64,000 nt of DNA, taken from assembly GCA_950097015.1 (NCBI GenBank), contig CATNEN010000025.1, positions 1,488,001-1,552,000 on the forward strand. Direction: 5' to 3'. The notes under the pieces were generated by a model. That model saw only the letters and a program-made list of their open reading frames with translations, had not been told where the DNA came from and did not search any database. The position numbers and the translations under genes were made by a program. The stretch's first letter is position 1; each line of letters starts with the position of its first letter. Origin of the DNA: Macrostomum hystrix. Taxonomy: Eukaryota > Animalia > Platyhelminthes. This document shows positions 23,901 through 35,900 of this stretch, piece after piece.

Positions 23901-26900
23901 CTGAATGTCTAGGATTGAGAATCTGAATGTTTAGGATTGAGAATCTGAATGTTTAGGATTGAGAATCTGAATGTTCAGGATTGAGAATCTGAATGTTTAG
24001 GATTGAGAATCTGAATGTTTAGGATTGAGAATCTGAATGTTCAGGATTGAGAATCTGAATGTTTAGGATTGAGAATCTGAATGTCTAGGATTGAGAATCT
24101 GAATGTCTAGGATTGAGAATCTGAATGTTTAGGATTGAGAATCTGAATGTCTAGGATTGAGAATCTGAATGTCTAGGATTGAGAATCTGAATGTTTAGGA
24201 TTGAGAATCTGAATGTCTAGGATTGAGAATCTGAATGTCTAGGATTGAGAATCTGAATGTTCAGGATTGAGAATCTGAATGTTTAGGATTGAGAATCTGA
24301 ATGTTTAGGATTGAGAATCTGAATGTTCAGGATTGAGAATCTGAATGTTTAGGATTGAGAATCTGAATGTTTAGGATTGAGAATCTGAATGTTTAGGATT
24401 GAGAATCTGAATGTTTAGGATTGAGAATCTGAATGTTCAGGATTGAGAATCTGAATGTCTAGGATTGAGAATCTGAATGTTCAGGATTAGGAATCTGAAT
24501 GATCAGGATTGAGAATCTGAATGTTCAGGATTGCGAATCTGAATGTCTAGGATTGAGAATCTGAATGTCTAGGATTGAGAATCTGAATGTTTAGGATTCC
24601 GAATCTGAATGTCTAGGATTGAGAATCTGAATGGTCAGGATTGAGAATCTGAATGTTCAGGATTGAGAATCTGAATGTCTAGGATTGAGAATCTGAATGT
24701 TTAGGATTGCGAATCTGAATGTCTAGGATTGAGAATCTGAATGTCTAGGATTGAGAATCTGAATGTTTAGGATTGAGAATCTGAATGTTTAGGATTGAGA
24801 ATCTGAATGTTCAGGATTGAGAATCTGAATGTCTAGGATTGAGAATCTGAATGTTTAGGATTGAGAATCTGAATGTTCAGGATTGCGAATCTGAATGTTC
24901 AGGATTGAGAATCTGAATGTCTAGGATTGAGAATCTGAATGTTTAGGATTGCGAATCTGAATGTCTAAGATTGGGAATCTGAATGTTCAGGATTGAGAAT
25001 CTGAATGTTCAGGATTGAGAATCTGAATGTTCAGGATTTGTTATTTTACGAAAATAGTTTGAAAAGGCTTAAATGACATTTTAAGTATGGAAATTATGTA
25101 AAATTATTTCTTTGAAATCATTTTCATTTACTATTCATTTTAGTTTTTCAAATAGAATGTTTCAGCAGAAAATTCTATAGTTTTAAGTTGTTTTTCGTGA
25201 GTTAGTTTTCGTGAACTGCCACTATCATCTGGGGTAACATTTGGGCTGAGCTTAAACACACACACACAGTGAACGCTGAAGGCTTCAATAATTTCTGTCA
25301 GCGCAATGTGACAGCATTGAAGTTCTAAACAATTTACTTTGCCCAATCGGCGTACAATTTTCTCCCAGATATTCATCCACATCCACAGCTACCCAGCTCG
25401 GTAACGACCAAAATTTATTTTATCGCCGGCCTGACTGTGTTCCTCTCTCTCTCATCAATTCAGCCCGGACTGAATAGCAAATTTCCAATAGAATTGAGTC
25501 CGAATAAAAAAAATAGTCTCCCGCTTCGCATTTGCAACTCTCTCTCTCTCGGCCTTCAAACGAGAGTCCGTCAGTTGGTCCTGGGGATCAGCCTTGAGGG
25601 CGGCAACCGAAATTTTCCCACGAGTATTCAGTCCAACCTTGTCTGGGAGACCAGCAGCTCACTGGGCACACGAAACGGTGGTTTCAAGAAAATGTCAAGC
25701 GAGGAGAGAGAGACCATGGTCATTTTAAATTTTTGAAATGCACTTAGATTCACGACACAATGTATTGCTGATAGAAAATATTGCTAGACTGGATAGATTA
25801 GATTGGTAGACTGGATAGAGTAGATTGGTAGACTGGATAGAGTAGACTGGTAAACTGGATAGAGTAGATTGATAGACAGGATAGAGTAGATTGGTAGACT
25901 GGATAGAGTAGACTGGTAGACTGGATAGAGTAGATTGATAGACTGGATAGAGTAGATTGGTAGACTGGATAGAGTAGATTGGTAGACTGGATAGAGTAGA
26001 GTGGTAGACTGGATAGAGTAGATTGGTAGACTGGATAGAGTAGATTGATAGACTGGATAGAGTAGAGTGATAGACTGGATAGAGTAGATTGGTAGACTGG
26101 ATAGAGTAGACTGGTAGACTGGATAGAGTAGATTGGTAGACTGGATAGAGTAGAGTGATAGACTGGATTGAGTAGAGCGGTAGACTGTATTGAGTAGATT
26201 GGTAGATTGGATTGAGTAGATTGGTAGACTGGATTGAGTAGATTGGTAGACTGGATTGAGTAGAGTGGTAGACTGGATAGAGTAGATTGGTAGACTGGAT
26301 AGAGAGGATTAACAAATGAATATAGCAGGATAAATGTAACATCATGTCCTCAAACGGGATTACCAGGACACCAGTGTAGCGGTGTCTCGCGCACTTTTCA
26401 AACCAAATTATCCCGAGTGTCGTGCTGTTCTCAAATCTGAATGGACAGCAATTCTGGGAGAGTTGGAGAAACACAGAAATGACAGAAGGCAGAATTCTCC
26501 AATACGGGACAGTAAGCTGGCAAACTGCTGGGAGACACCGTAACACAATTTGCTAGATTGCATTCAAGGCGTGATTTTTTAGATTGACTCTCATTGTAAC
26601 GCGCCTTTTATGCTTGGATTGGTTGTGGCCCAGGGGCCGCGCAGCGGTCATTCATCCCCAAATGGGATTTGATTCGATTTGCAAATCTGGGACTGCTCAT
26701 CCGATGAACTCCAGTTGGTTCGCTTTTCAGTTCGCTACAATCAGCGCGTGCACAAGCTTCAATGCAATACAAAATTTAGATAATTAATAGCCTCCAGCAA
26801 AGCCTCCAGCAAAGCCTCCAACATATCCTCCAGCATAGCCTATAGCTTATCCTCCAGCATATCCTCCAGCATAGCCTCCAGCATATCCTCCAGCATAGCC

Positions 26901-29900
26901 TCCAGTATATCCTCCAGCAAAGCCTCATATAAAATCAAATCATTTGCCTCCAGCAAAGCATCCAGCAAAGCATCCAGCAATGCATTTAGCAAAGAATCTA
27001 GCAAAGCATCTAGCAAAGCATCTAGCAAAGCATCCAGCAAAGCATCCAGCAAAGCATCCAGCAATGCATCTAGCAAAGCAACCAGCAAAGCATCCAGCAA
27101 TGCATCCAGCAAAGCATCCAGCAATGCATCTAGCAAAGCATCCAGCAATGCATCTAGCAAAGCAACCAGCAAAGCATCCAGCAATGCATCTAGCAAAGCA
27201 ACCAGCAAAGCATCCAGCAATGCATCTAGCAAAGCATCCAGCAAAGCATCCAGCAAAGCATCCAGAAAAGCATCCAGCAATGCATCTAGCAAAGCATCTA
27301 GCAATGCATCCAGCAAAGCATCCAGCAAAGCATCTTGCAAATATTCTAGCAAAGCATCTAGCAAAGCATCCAGCAAACCAACCAGCGAAGCATCTAGCAT
27401 GAACTGCAACCAAAAAGAAGCTGATAGAATGGTCTCGGATTTTTTCTGCAAAAGAACTTGAGCACTTTAATTTACATGCCGGTTGGGCAAACCCCAAGCT
27501 CAAGACCTCCCCCCCCAAGTCCGCGCTGACTGGCAGGTGTTAAAAAACTGCAATCTGGTTCCATGGAGTAAGAAGGCTGGTATCCAGGCCCCTGCAAATA
27601 GGAACGGTGAAGTGCATTCTATCTGACTGGTGCAGCGGTTTTTTGACAACACCCCCACCCTTGGGCGAGCTATTTGTCTCTGCAAATTCTTGGACCATTT
27701 TATCGATTTGTTTTCATTGCTTTTATTCTCTTGGCTGAATAAATAACCGCTTGTATTTACACGGATCAATAGAAAAAGAATAATAAGACACAAAGCCTGC
27801 TCATTCATTGTTTCATTTATCGAGTAAAGTACAATGTCAGTCAGAGATTCTGCGATCTCTCCGGCATCTGAGATTAAAGCTGCGACAACAAACAAGTTCA
27901 GTGCCTGGACCATGGGATAATACAGAATGGGATGGGACGAGATGGGATACGATAAGATGGGATGGGATGGGATGGGATGGGATGCGATCGGATAGGATGG
28001 GATGCGATGGGATTGGATGAGATGGGATGAGATTGGATAAGATGGGATGGGATGAGATGGGATGGGATGGGATGAGATGGGATTGGATGAGATGGGATGA
28101 GATGGGATGGGATGGGATGAGATGGGATTGGGTGAGATACGATAAGATGGGATGGGATGGGATGGGATGGGATGCGATCGGATAGGATGGGATGCGATGG
28201 GATTGGATGAGATGGGATGAGATTGGATAAGATGGGATGGGATGAGATGGGATGGGATGGGATGAGATGGGATTGGATGAGATGGGATGAGATGGGATGA
28301 GATGGGATTGGATGAGATGGGATGGGATTGGATGAGATGGGATGGGATAGGATGAGATGGGATGGGATAGGGTGGGATGAGATTAAGTGAGATTTGATAG
28401 CTAGATAAAATCATACTTGAAGTAGGAGAGGTGGAGCAAAGCTTTGTTTACTAATATTATCAGGCAGTTAATAACCATGAGAAATGGTCGCGCTGTGACG
28501 AAAGTGTATTCTCCCGTGTGTTTATTTTGATTTACTCAATTTAAACAGAAATTATTGAAGCCAGAGTGACCCAGTTGTCTGTTAGATATTTGAGGCCAAA
28601 CTGTGGGTAAGCCGCATGCCTATCATAGGAGCCCAAATGCTAGGCAAGATGATCGCCCCTCATGGCAAAAAGATCCCTGGGAAGAAGATGCTCAAACTCG
28701 CTGCTGCTGCTCAAGTGTGCTCGCCAGCGGATGAGAAACTACTTAACGCCTCAGCGGCCTCCTAGAATTGCAGTTCGCCTAGCGAGCTGGTTCTGAGGCA
28801 AAGGTTTTTCATGAAAAACCGCTTCAAGCCGTCACACCACACTCATGATTGCAGAGGGCGCGAGAGAGTTAAGCTTTGGCATAAAACTACTTGGCCGGCC
28901 TCATAATCGAGTCCCACTTATTGGGGTCCAGGAGCATCGCAGCTTCCGGAATTGGGAAGCAAACTTATAACTTTGCTGCTGTTTGAACTTTGTTAGTTTT
29001 TATCGATCCGGATTCAGATTAGAAAACAGCTTGGGCCTAGCATTCGCTGTGAAAAGATTAACGCTGCGACACTGAAGCTGGGCATACAGCAAGGGATTTA
29101 GGAGAACCTCAATGTACTTTTATGACAAACAATATGGATGGAAGTGGGATGGATAGGAGTGGGATGGATGGGAGTGGGATGGATGGGAGTGGGATGGATG
29201 GGAGTGGGATGGATGGGAGTGGGATGGATAGAAGTGGGATGGATGGGAGTGGGATGGATGGGAGTGGGATGGATGGGAGTGGGATGGATGGGAGTGGGAT
29301 GGATGGGAGTGGGATGGATGGGAGTGGGATGGATGGGAGTGGGATGGATGGGAGTGGGATGGATGGGAGTGGGATGGATAGAAGTGGGATGGATGGGAGT
29401 GGGATGGATGGGAGTGGGAGGAATGGGAGTGGGATGGATGGGAGTGGGATGGATGGGAGTGGGATGGATGGGAGTGGGATGGATGGGAGTGGGATGGATA
29501 GAAGTGGGATGGATGGGAGTGGGATGGATGGGAGTGGGAGGAATGGGAGTGGGATGGATAGAAGTGGGATGGATGGGAGTGGGATGGATGGGAGTGGGAT
29601 GGATGGGAGTGGGATGGATAGAAGTGGGATAAATAGGAGTGGGATGGATGGGAGTAGGATGGATAGAAGTGGGATGGATGGGAGTGAGATGGATGGGAGT
29701 GGGATGGATGGGAGTGGGATGGATAGAAGTGGATGGATGGGAGTGGGATGGATGGGAGTGGGATGGATGGGAGTGGGATGGATGGGAGTGGGATGGATGG
29801 GAGTGGGATGGATGGGAGTGGGATGGATGGGAGTGGGATGGATGGGAGTGGGATGGATGGGAGTGGGATGGATGGGAGTGGGATGGATAGAAGTGGGATG

Positions 29901-32900
29901 GATGGGAGTGGGATGGATGGGAGTGGGAGGAATGGGAGTGGGATGGATAGAAGTGGGATGGATGGGAGTGGGATGGATGGGAGTGGGATGGATGGGAGTG
30001 GGATGGATAGAAGTAGGATAAATAGGAGTGGGATGGATGGGAGTAGGATGGATAGAAGTGGGATGGATGGGAGTGAGATGGATGGGAGTGGGATGGATGG
30101 GAGTGGGATGGATAGAAGTGGATGGATGGGAGTGGGATGGATGGGAGTGGGATGGATGGGAGTGGGATGGATGGGAGTGGGATGGATAGAAGTGGGATGG
30201 ATGGGAGTGGGATGGATGGGAGTGGGATGGATAGAAGTGGGATGGATAGAAGTGGGATGGATGGGAGTGGGATGGATGGGAGTGGGATGGATGGGAGTGG
30301 GATGGATAGAAGTGGGATGAATAGGAGTGGGATGGATGGGAGTAGGATGGATAGAAGTGGGATGGATGGGAGTGGGATGGATGGGAGTGTGATGGATGGG
30401 AGTGGGATGGATAGAAGTGGGATGGATGGGAGTGGGATGGATGGGAGTGGGATGGATGGGAGTGGGATGGATAGAAGTGGATGGATGGGAGTGGGATGGA
30501 TGGGAGTGGGATGGATTGGAGTGGGATGGATGGGAGTGAGATGGATGGGAGTGGGATGGATGGGAGTGGGATGGATAGAAGTGGATGGATGGGAGTGGGA
30601 TGGATGGGGGGATGGATGGATGGGTGTGTAACAGAAGGATCTAGATTCAAAGCGGAGTTTCATAGCTGTCTGTGTACAGTGAGCAGCTGTGATGGAATTC
30701 AGCAGCCAGTGAATGAATGACTCGTTAGGCAGTGAGGCAGTAGGTTTCAAGTGCGGATCAAGCATTACAAGTGGCCACGCGAACAGCCCTTGAGTACCAT
30801 CCAACTGGCGGGGGTGAGAAATTTGAGCAGAAAATGATAAAGCCAAGGAGAGCCGGAATTCGTTGGCAAATATGCTCGCGTAGGGAAATTTGTTGTTTGC
30901 CCCGATCAAACTTGGCCCCTTAGCTTGCAGTCCCACCTCCCTCCCATAGTGCAGACATCTCCTCACCATCCACTTTGCTGGCATCTTCTGAGACGCTGAC
31001 TACAGCTGATGAGGCCAATTCTAGATCCTGTACCATTCCTTCGCAGTGTTTCGATCCGCCTCACAAGCCTACTCGCGCACGGTCAGATCCCATTCCTGAT
31101 CTCATCCTCAGCCCGTCAAAGAATCCTTTCTACAGCAACGCGCGGCTCATTTTCCGGGGCTAGCTAGTCGATTTCTTTTCAATGCCATTTCAAATTAGGG
31201 AATTTTTGCTTTAGCTGACTGGTTTTTACGTGTCAAGCCGGTCAACTCAAATTGTGCTCGTCTTCATGAGCTCACTGTAATTAACGGAACTAGCCATCCG
31301 GAATTGCATTTCTAACTAAAAAGTGCATTCGAAGATTCTAAAGCTGTAATTAAATATTTAAATTATTCAAATGTGAAAGTAAATTCTCAAACTGAAACAG
31401 AAGAATGAGGGAACGGTAGGTAAATAGGGAGTGAGATGGTTGCGTGGAGTTAGGATTGTGGAGTGAGAAGTGTATGCAGTGAAGTATTGTAAAATGAGAC
31501 AGATTTGGAGTGAGGTGGGTGTGGCGTGAGGTGGTTGTGTAGTGAGGTGGTTGTGGAGTGAGGTGGTTGTGGGTGATGTGGTTGTGGAGTCAGGTGGGTG
31601 TGGCGTGAGGTGGTTGTGTAGTGAGGTGGTTGTGGAGTAAGGTGGTTGTGGAGTGAGGTGGGTGTGGCGTGAGGTGGTTGTGGAGTGAGGTGGGTGTGGC
31701 GTGAGGTGGTTGTGGAGTGAGGTGGGTGTGGCGTGAGGTGGTTGTGGAGTGAGGTGGTTGTGGAGTGAGGTGGTTGTGGCGTGATGTGGGTGTGGCGTGA
31801 GGTGGTTGTGGAGTGAGGTGGGTGTGGCGTGAGGTGGTTGTGGAGTGAGGTGGTTGTGGAGTGAGGTGGTTGTGGAGTGATGTGGTTGTGGAGTGAGGTG
31901 GTTGTGGAGTGAGGTGGTTGTGGAGTGAGGTTTTTGTGGAGTGAGGTGGTTATGGTGTGGAGAGGCTTGTTGCAGAATGGATGAAAATTATGCTTGTATG
32001 TCTTTCAGAGAATCGTCACTCAAAAAAGCATTTTTCAAAGCGATTTCAAAGCAGGATTAAAGTGTGCTCACCATCCTCATCCACTTGTCGCATCATGTCC
32101 TGCAGCTCATCGGCGCTCGGGAACTGACCCAGAGTCTTCATCACCTCGCCCAGCTCCTCGGCGCTGATGCTGCCGTCACCGTTCTTGTCGAACAGGGCGA
32201 AAGATTCGCGAATCTCTGCGCGGGAGGTTAAGAGTAAGACTATGCTCAAAGCTATAGACTGCTGAGCTGAGATAGGAGCCTGAGCACACGCACAGGAGAT
32301 ACGTACGCAGGCTGTCTACAGGTGCACATCAGCCTGATCAAGGACACTGGTTGCACATCAATCCTTCAAGCCTTCTTGCAGCAGCGAAGGAACCAGCTAG
32401 TATAAAAAAGTGCACAGCTCATACTCACCAGCCAGTTGACTGTCCGTCAGCTTCTTGGCCTGCAATCAATCAACACAATCATATGCGTGATGCTGAGTGA
32501 GTGAAGGTAAGAGATACTCTCAGTTGAGTTGATTCAGTTGAGAAATTCTGAATCAGGACAAGACAAAGTTCCCGCGGCTTATTTTATACACCTTTTTCAA
32601 TCCTCGATTTCTCTGCCTTTCACGACCCATTCAATCGACTTTCTACTTATATTGTTTGCTCTCTGGAATTGTCTAGAAATTTTCCCGCTCTCTGTGAAGC
32701 TCCGGTCCGAATCTCTGACTTCTATGAGAGTCTGCAAACAAAACGTCCCAACATTCTCCGCCCAGTTCCCATTTCCGATTTCCTGTGGAAAAACAGCATT
32801 GACTTAAACGCATCGAGGTATAACTGGTAGAAGAATTGCTGGCATTTTGAGCATATGTTGAGTCTTGTGGATGATTGGCATAGCGCCAAGAGGTCCTTGA

Positions 32901-35900
32901 GCTCGAATTCGCGGCGAGGCCACATTTATTTGAGACTGGGAGTGTGCAGAATTGCATCCTCGCTGGCTACGGTCTACTTTCTCTACTAGATGATTTATCA
33001 TTCGTCAATGCAGTGACATGGACTCTGAGAGTGGTAAACTGACTTTTAAAACAATTCGCATTTTATCCTCATTTAAATAACAATAGTGTTTATGGCCAAG
33101 TTGGTACCAAAGAATCTAAATTAGAATATTTTTATCAATACCTCTACTAAATACTCCTCAGGCGGGATATTAACACTCGGGAATGATTTACAGTCAGTAG
33201 GAGACTGTCTCTGTCTCTATCTTTTACGCACGTTTCCGACCGCCGTCTACAGCGGCTGATAAGCGCCTGTCAGAAGCAAACTTCTAAATTAGCCGCCACG
33301 GGGCGGCAGAGTGATATAATTTATGGCCCTGTGTGAGTCCGTTGGCCAGCGAATGCTGCCTCTATAGCCCGAGTAGTTCTGGCTTTTTAGAACAACTCTT
33401 AAATTTACTCGGCTTTGCTAAATGCGGTGTGCTGTAAAATAGCAGTTTGTCACAGCCAAAATCCACCTATCACTGCTTTCCTTACGCTCTTTACATAATA
33501 TCCTGCCACTCTCTACCTGCTACTCTCTTCCTGCCACTCTCTTCCTGCCACTCTCTACCTGCCACTCTCTACCTGCCACTCTCTACCTGCCACTCTCTAC
33601 CTGCCACTCTCTACCTGCAACTCTCTACCAGCAATTATCTACCTGCAATTGTCTACCTGCCACTCTCTACCTGCCACTCTTTTCCTGCCACTCTCTACCT
33701 GCCACTCTCTTCCTGCCACTCTCTACCTGCCACTCTCTTCCTGCCACTCTCTTCCTGCCACTCTCTACCTGCCACTCTCTACCTGCCACTCTCTTCCTGC
33801 CACTCTCTACCAGCAATTATCTACCTGCCACTCTCTACCAGCAATAATCTACCTGCCACTCTCTACCTACAATTATCTACCTACAATTGTCTACCTGCCA
33901 CTCTCTACCTGCCACTCTCTTCCTGCCACTCTCTTCCTGCCACTCTATACCTGCCACTCTATACCTGCCACTCTCTATCTGCCACTCTCTACCTGCCACT
34001 CTATACCTGCCACTCTCTATCTGCCACTCTCTACCTGCCACTCTCTACCTGCCACTCTCTACCTGCCACTCTCTACCTGCCACTCTCTACCTGCCACTCT
34101 CTACCTGCCACTCTCTACCTGCAACTCTCTTCCTGCCACTCTCTACCTGCAACTCTCTACCAGCAATTATCTACCTGCAATTGTCTACCTGCCACTCTCT
34201 ACCTGCCACTCTTTTCCTGCCACTCTCTACCTGCCACTCTCTTCCTGCCACTCTCTACCTGCCACTCTCTTCCTGCCACTCTCTTCCTGCCACTCTCTAC
34301 CTGCCACTCTCTACCTGCCACTCTCTTCCTGCCACTCTCTACCAGCAATTATCTACCTGCCACTCTCTACCAGCAATAATCTACCTGCCACTCTCTACCT
34401 ACAATTATCTACCTACAATTGTCTACCTGCCACTCTCTACCTGCCACTCTCTTCCTGCCACTCTCTTCCTGCCACTCTATACCTGCCACTCTCTATCTGC
34501 CACTCTCTACCTGCCACTCTATACCTGCCACTCTCTATCTGCCACTCTCTACCTGCCACTCTCTACCTGCCACTCTCTATCTGCCACTCTCTACCTGCCA
34601 CTCTCTACCTGCCACTCTCTACCTGCCACTCTCTACCTGCAACTCTCTTCCTGCCACTCTCTACCTGCAACTCTCTACCAGCAATTATCTACCTGCAATT
34701 GTCTACCTGCCACTCTCTACCTGCCACTCTTTTCCTGCCACTCTCTACCTGCCACTCTCTTCCTGCCACTCTCTACCTGCCACTCTCTTCCTGCCACTCT
34801 CTTCCTGCCACTCTCTACCTGCCACTCTCTACCTGCCACTCTCTTCCTGCCACTCTCTACCAGCAATTATCTACCTGCCACTCTCTACCAGCAATAATCT
34901 ACCTGCCACTCTCTACCTACAATTATCTACCTACAATTGTCTACCTGCCACTCTCTACCTGCCACTCTCTTCCTGCCACTCTCTTCCTGCCACTCTATAC
35001 CTGCCACTCTATACCTGCCACTCTCTATCTGCCACTCTCTACCTGCCACTCTATACCTGCCACTCTCTATCTGCCACTCTCTACCTGCCACTCTCTACCT
35101 GCCACTCTCTATCTGCCACTCTCTACCTGCCACTCTCTACCTGCCACTCTCTACCTGCCACTCTCTACCTGCAACTCTCTTCCTGCCACTCTCTACCTGC
35201 AACTCTCTACCAGCAATTATCTACCTGCAATTGTCTACCTGCCACTCTCTACCTGCCACTCTTTTCCTGCCACTCTCTACCTGCCACTCTCTTCCTGCCA
35301 CTCTCTACCTGCCACTCTCTTCCTGCCACTCTCTTCCTGCCACTCTCTACCTGCCACTCTCTACCTGCCACTCTCTTCCTGCCACTCTCTACCAGCAATT
35401 ATCTACCTGCCACTCTCTACCAGCAATAATCTACCTGCCACTCTCTACCTACAATTATCTACCTACAATTGTCTACCTGCCACTCTCTACCTGCCACTCT
35501 CTTCCTGCCACTCTCTTCCTGCCACTCTCTACCTGCCACTCTCTACCTGCCACTCTCTTCCTGCCACTCTCTACCAGCAATTATCTACCTGCCACTCTCT
35601 ACCAGCAATAATCTACCTGCCACTCTCTACCTACAATTATCTACCTACAATTGTCTACCTGCCACTCTCTACCTGCCACTCTCTTTCTGCCACTCTCTAC
35701 CTGCCACTCTCTACCTGCCACTCTCTTCCTGCCACTCTCTACCTGCCACTCTCTACCAGCAAAAATGTATCTCTACCACAGTGTATTCTGTGGTTTTACC
35801 TGCCACATGTAACTACCGAATTTCTGTATATTTCTGCGCCTATTTCAGTGTCGCACTGAATAGGGAAAACCCTGATCACGAACCAGAACGAATCTAAGCC

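Noticed and set aside
30940-31060. Minus-strand GTGGATG|GTGAG resembling the end of calmodulin exon 3 (alternative exon)
   Set aside because: The upstream frame has no EF-hand similarity and contains stops.
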